Below, one piece after another: positions 18,466-20,000 of a stretch of 20,000 nt of DNA. Under the pieces are notes generated by a model, which ran no database searches, was not told where the DNA came from, and saw only the letters and a program-made list of their open reading frames with translations. Source of the stretch: Craspedostauros australis (taxonomy: Eukaryota); NCBI GenBank assembly GCA_030167865.1, contig JALAGF010004276.1:50685-70684 (forward strand), read 5' to 3'. Each line of letters begins with the position of its first letter. Position 1 is the stretch's first letter. A program made the position numbers and the translations under genes.

Positions 18466-20000
18466 CAGGCTCTATTGTGTGTTCGTGATCGTGCGCAGAT
18501 CTGACGATCGGCCGTGTCGTTCCGCATTACAGAAGCCTGCAACTCCATCGGATCGAGTCAAGCCAAATCTGGAGTATGAGCAGAGGCTGTTCATGAGCAA
18601 GGGTGACCTTCGCTTCGTTTCATTGACGATCCCGCGACTCGTTGCACCGACGAGCACTTCCTTCCTCGTGCATGCTTCTCGATCGACAGCACATCCAGAA
18701 GAGCGACACCAAAGGAGATGCCTTGTTCGTGGTCTGGGCTGGCACTGGAAGTACCTACAACTATCATCACCGTACACTGCTCCACGATCAGTTCGTGTCA
18801 TACTGCATGCATCCACGAGAGCTGGTTTTGGCTACCATGTTCTCCGCTCTCTCTCAAGGAACCAAAGTGTCAAGGGAAGGGTGACGATGGGAAGAGCTCA
18901 CGCGACGGCGATGCAAGAACTCTTATCCAACGCGGACAAGAACCGCTTTGGAGGCATTCTGGACTCCTCTCCAGAGGCCACAAAAGCCACCCTGCATCAG
19001 AAACAAGGAGCGATCGAAACGAAGAGCAAGAAAGAAGGAACGCTCTTTGCACCACGCGTCCATCAAAACGGCGATGGATGGGAACTGGAGGCCACTCGCT
19101 CTTGTGGTCGCAATCGTAATTGCAACCGTAATTGTACCCACACGCTCTTCCTGTTGACACGATCATCACAAGAGTCCTCGGATTCGAGGCGGTTATTCTT
19201 GGAAGCGTGCTATGACCTTCGGACATTCTGAACATTTAACTGAAGAATGACGGTTTATGGGGCCTCATCGATTGTGACAACACGCTGTGCGCCAAGATGA
19301 TGAAATGTGAGGCAGCGCTTGAAGCACAAGTCATTCGCAATGACCACTCGTTTGGATGGATTGAAAAGCTTCTCTTGACTCGCACGACTAATACTATCCC
19401 GATCCACTTCTCCAATGACAACAACACAAAACGCTGTGCCACATGATCGAAGAACGATGGGGAATCGTGGATTGAAACCAATGCACGGGATTGCACATCC
19501 TTCGAATCCCTCATGTTCCAGGGGGCGCTTCCAGATGCAAACTTTGAAAACGGCTCCAAATCCCAGGAACACCATAGAAGACGCCGATTTCGGCGCCACC
19601 ACGTCTCCCGCCTCACGCTGTGCGTGAAAGGGTTGGACAACGGCAAATCGTTGACGTGGTTCTACGATCACAGGAATGCGCTGTAAAACCGCTCCAAATC
19701 CCACAAGGGAACCGCGGTAAAGACCATATATTGGTCGGATTTTGCTTTGCTCACGCTTGAGGCGTGTTGTACGGTTTTGGGATCTGTCGAGTCAACCACT
19801 AATGGTATTACTAGAGCACGCCTTTCCCGTGTTGACTTGACGTTGCGCTTATTTACGTACGTGCTCGACATGTCGTGCACGGTGTGCCAATGCCAATGAT
19901 GTCCGCTTTGCGCTCGTTCCACCCCTGTCGTGTCTGCTCCAAGACATGCCAATTTCCAGACCCACGACATCACATCGCTGTCTTCTTGTCAATATGGCCC

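Noticed and set aside
18479-19231. 250-aa + strand ORF as an intact gene or transposase
   Set aside because: GTG start, no recognisable domain, no terminal repeats, and it lacks the codon bias of the neighbouring genes.

Overview
Eukaryotic nuclear DNA, most likely from a diatom. This is inferred from GT-AG introns, two proteins with signal peptide + 'ASAFAP'-type plastid-targeting cleavage sites, a diatom-style BTB domain and poly-Q/N tracts. Seven protein-coding genes are supported, three of which must be spliced and are only fragmented in the ORF track: (1) a 3-exon, ~1366-aa class II-like histone deacetylase with an N-terminal Q/P-rich region and Tudor-like and PWWP-like segments (1327-5887, +); (2) a plastid-targeted HAD hydrolase (6091-7107, -); (3) a low-complexity G/N/Q/M-rich protein with a short ordered C-terminal motif (8263-9423, +); (4) a BTB/POZ protein (9701-10816, +); (5) a 3-exon glutaminyl-tRNA synthetase with a signal peptide, an E. 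coli-like core and a fused C-terminal EMAPII-like tRNA-binding domain (11225-14356, -); (6) a 2-exon type II membrane putative glycosyltransferase (15567-17152, +); (7) a GARP/SHAQKYF-class Myb factor with a variant SKLQKYR motif (17408-18409, +). I saw no rRNA, tRNA, CRISPR array or recognisable transposon. The most interesting items are the GlnRS architecture and targeting and the reader-domain/HDAC fusion. I see no evidence that the seven genes form one functional system.
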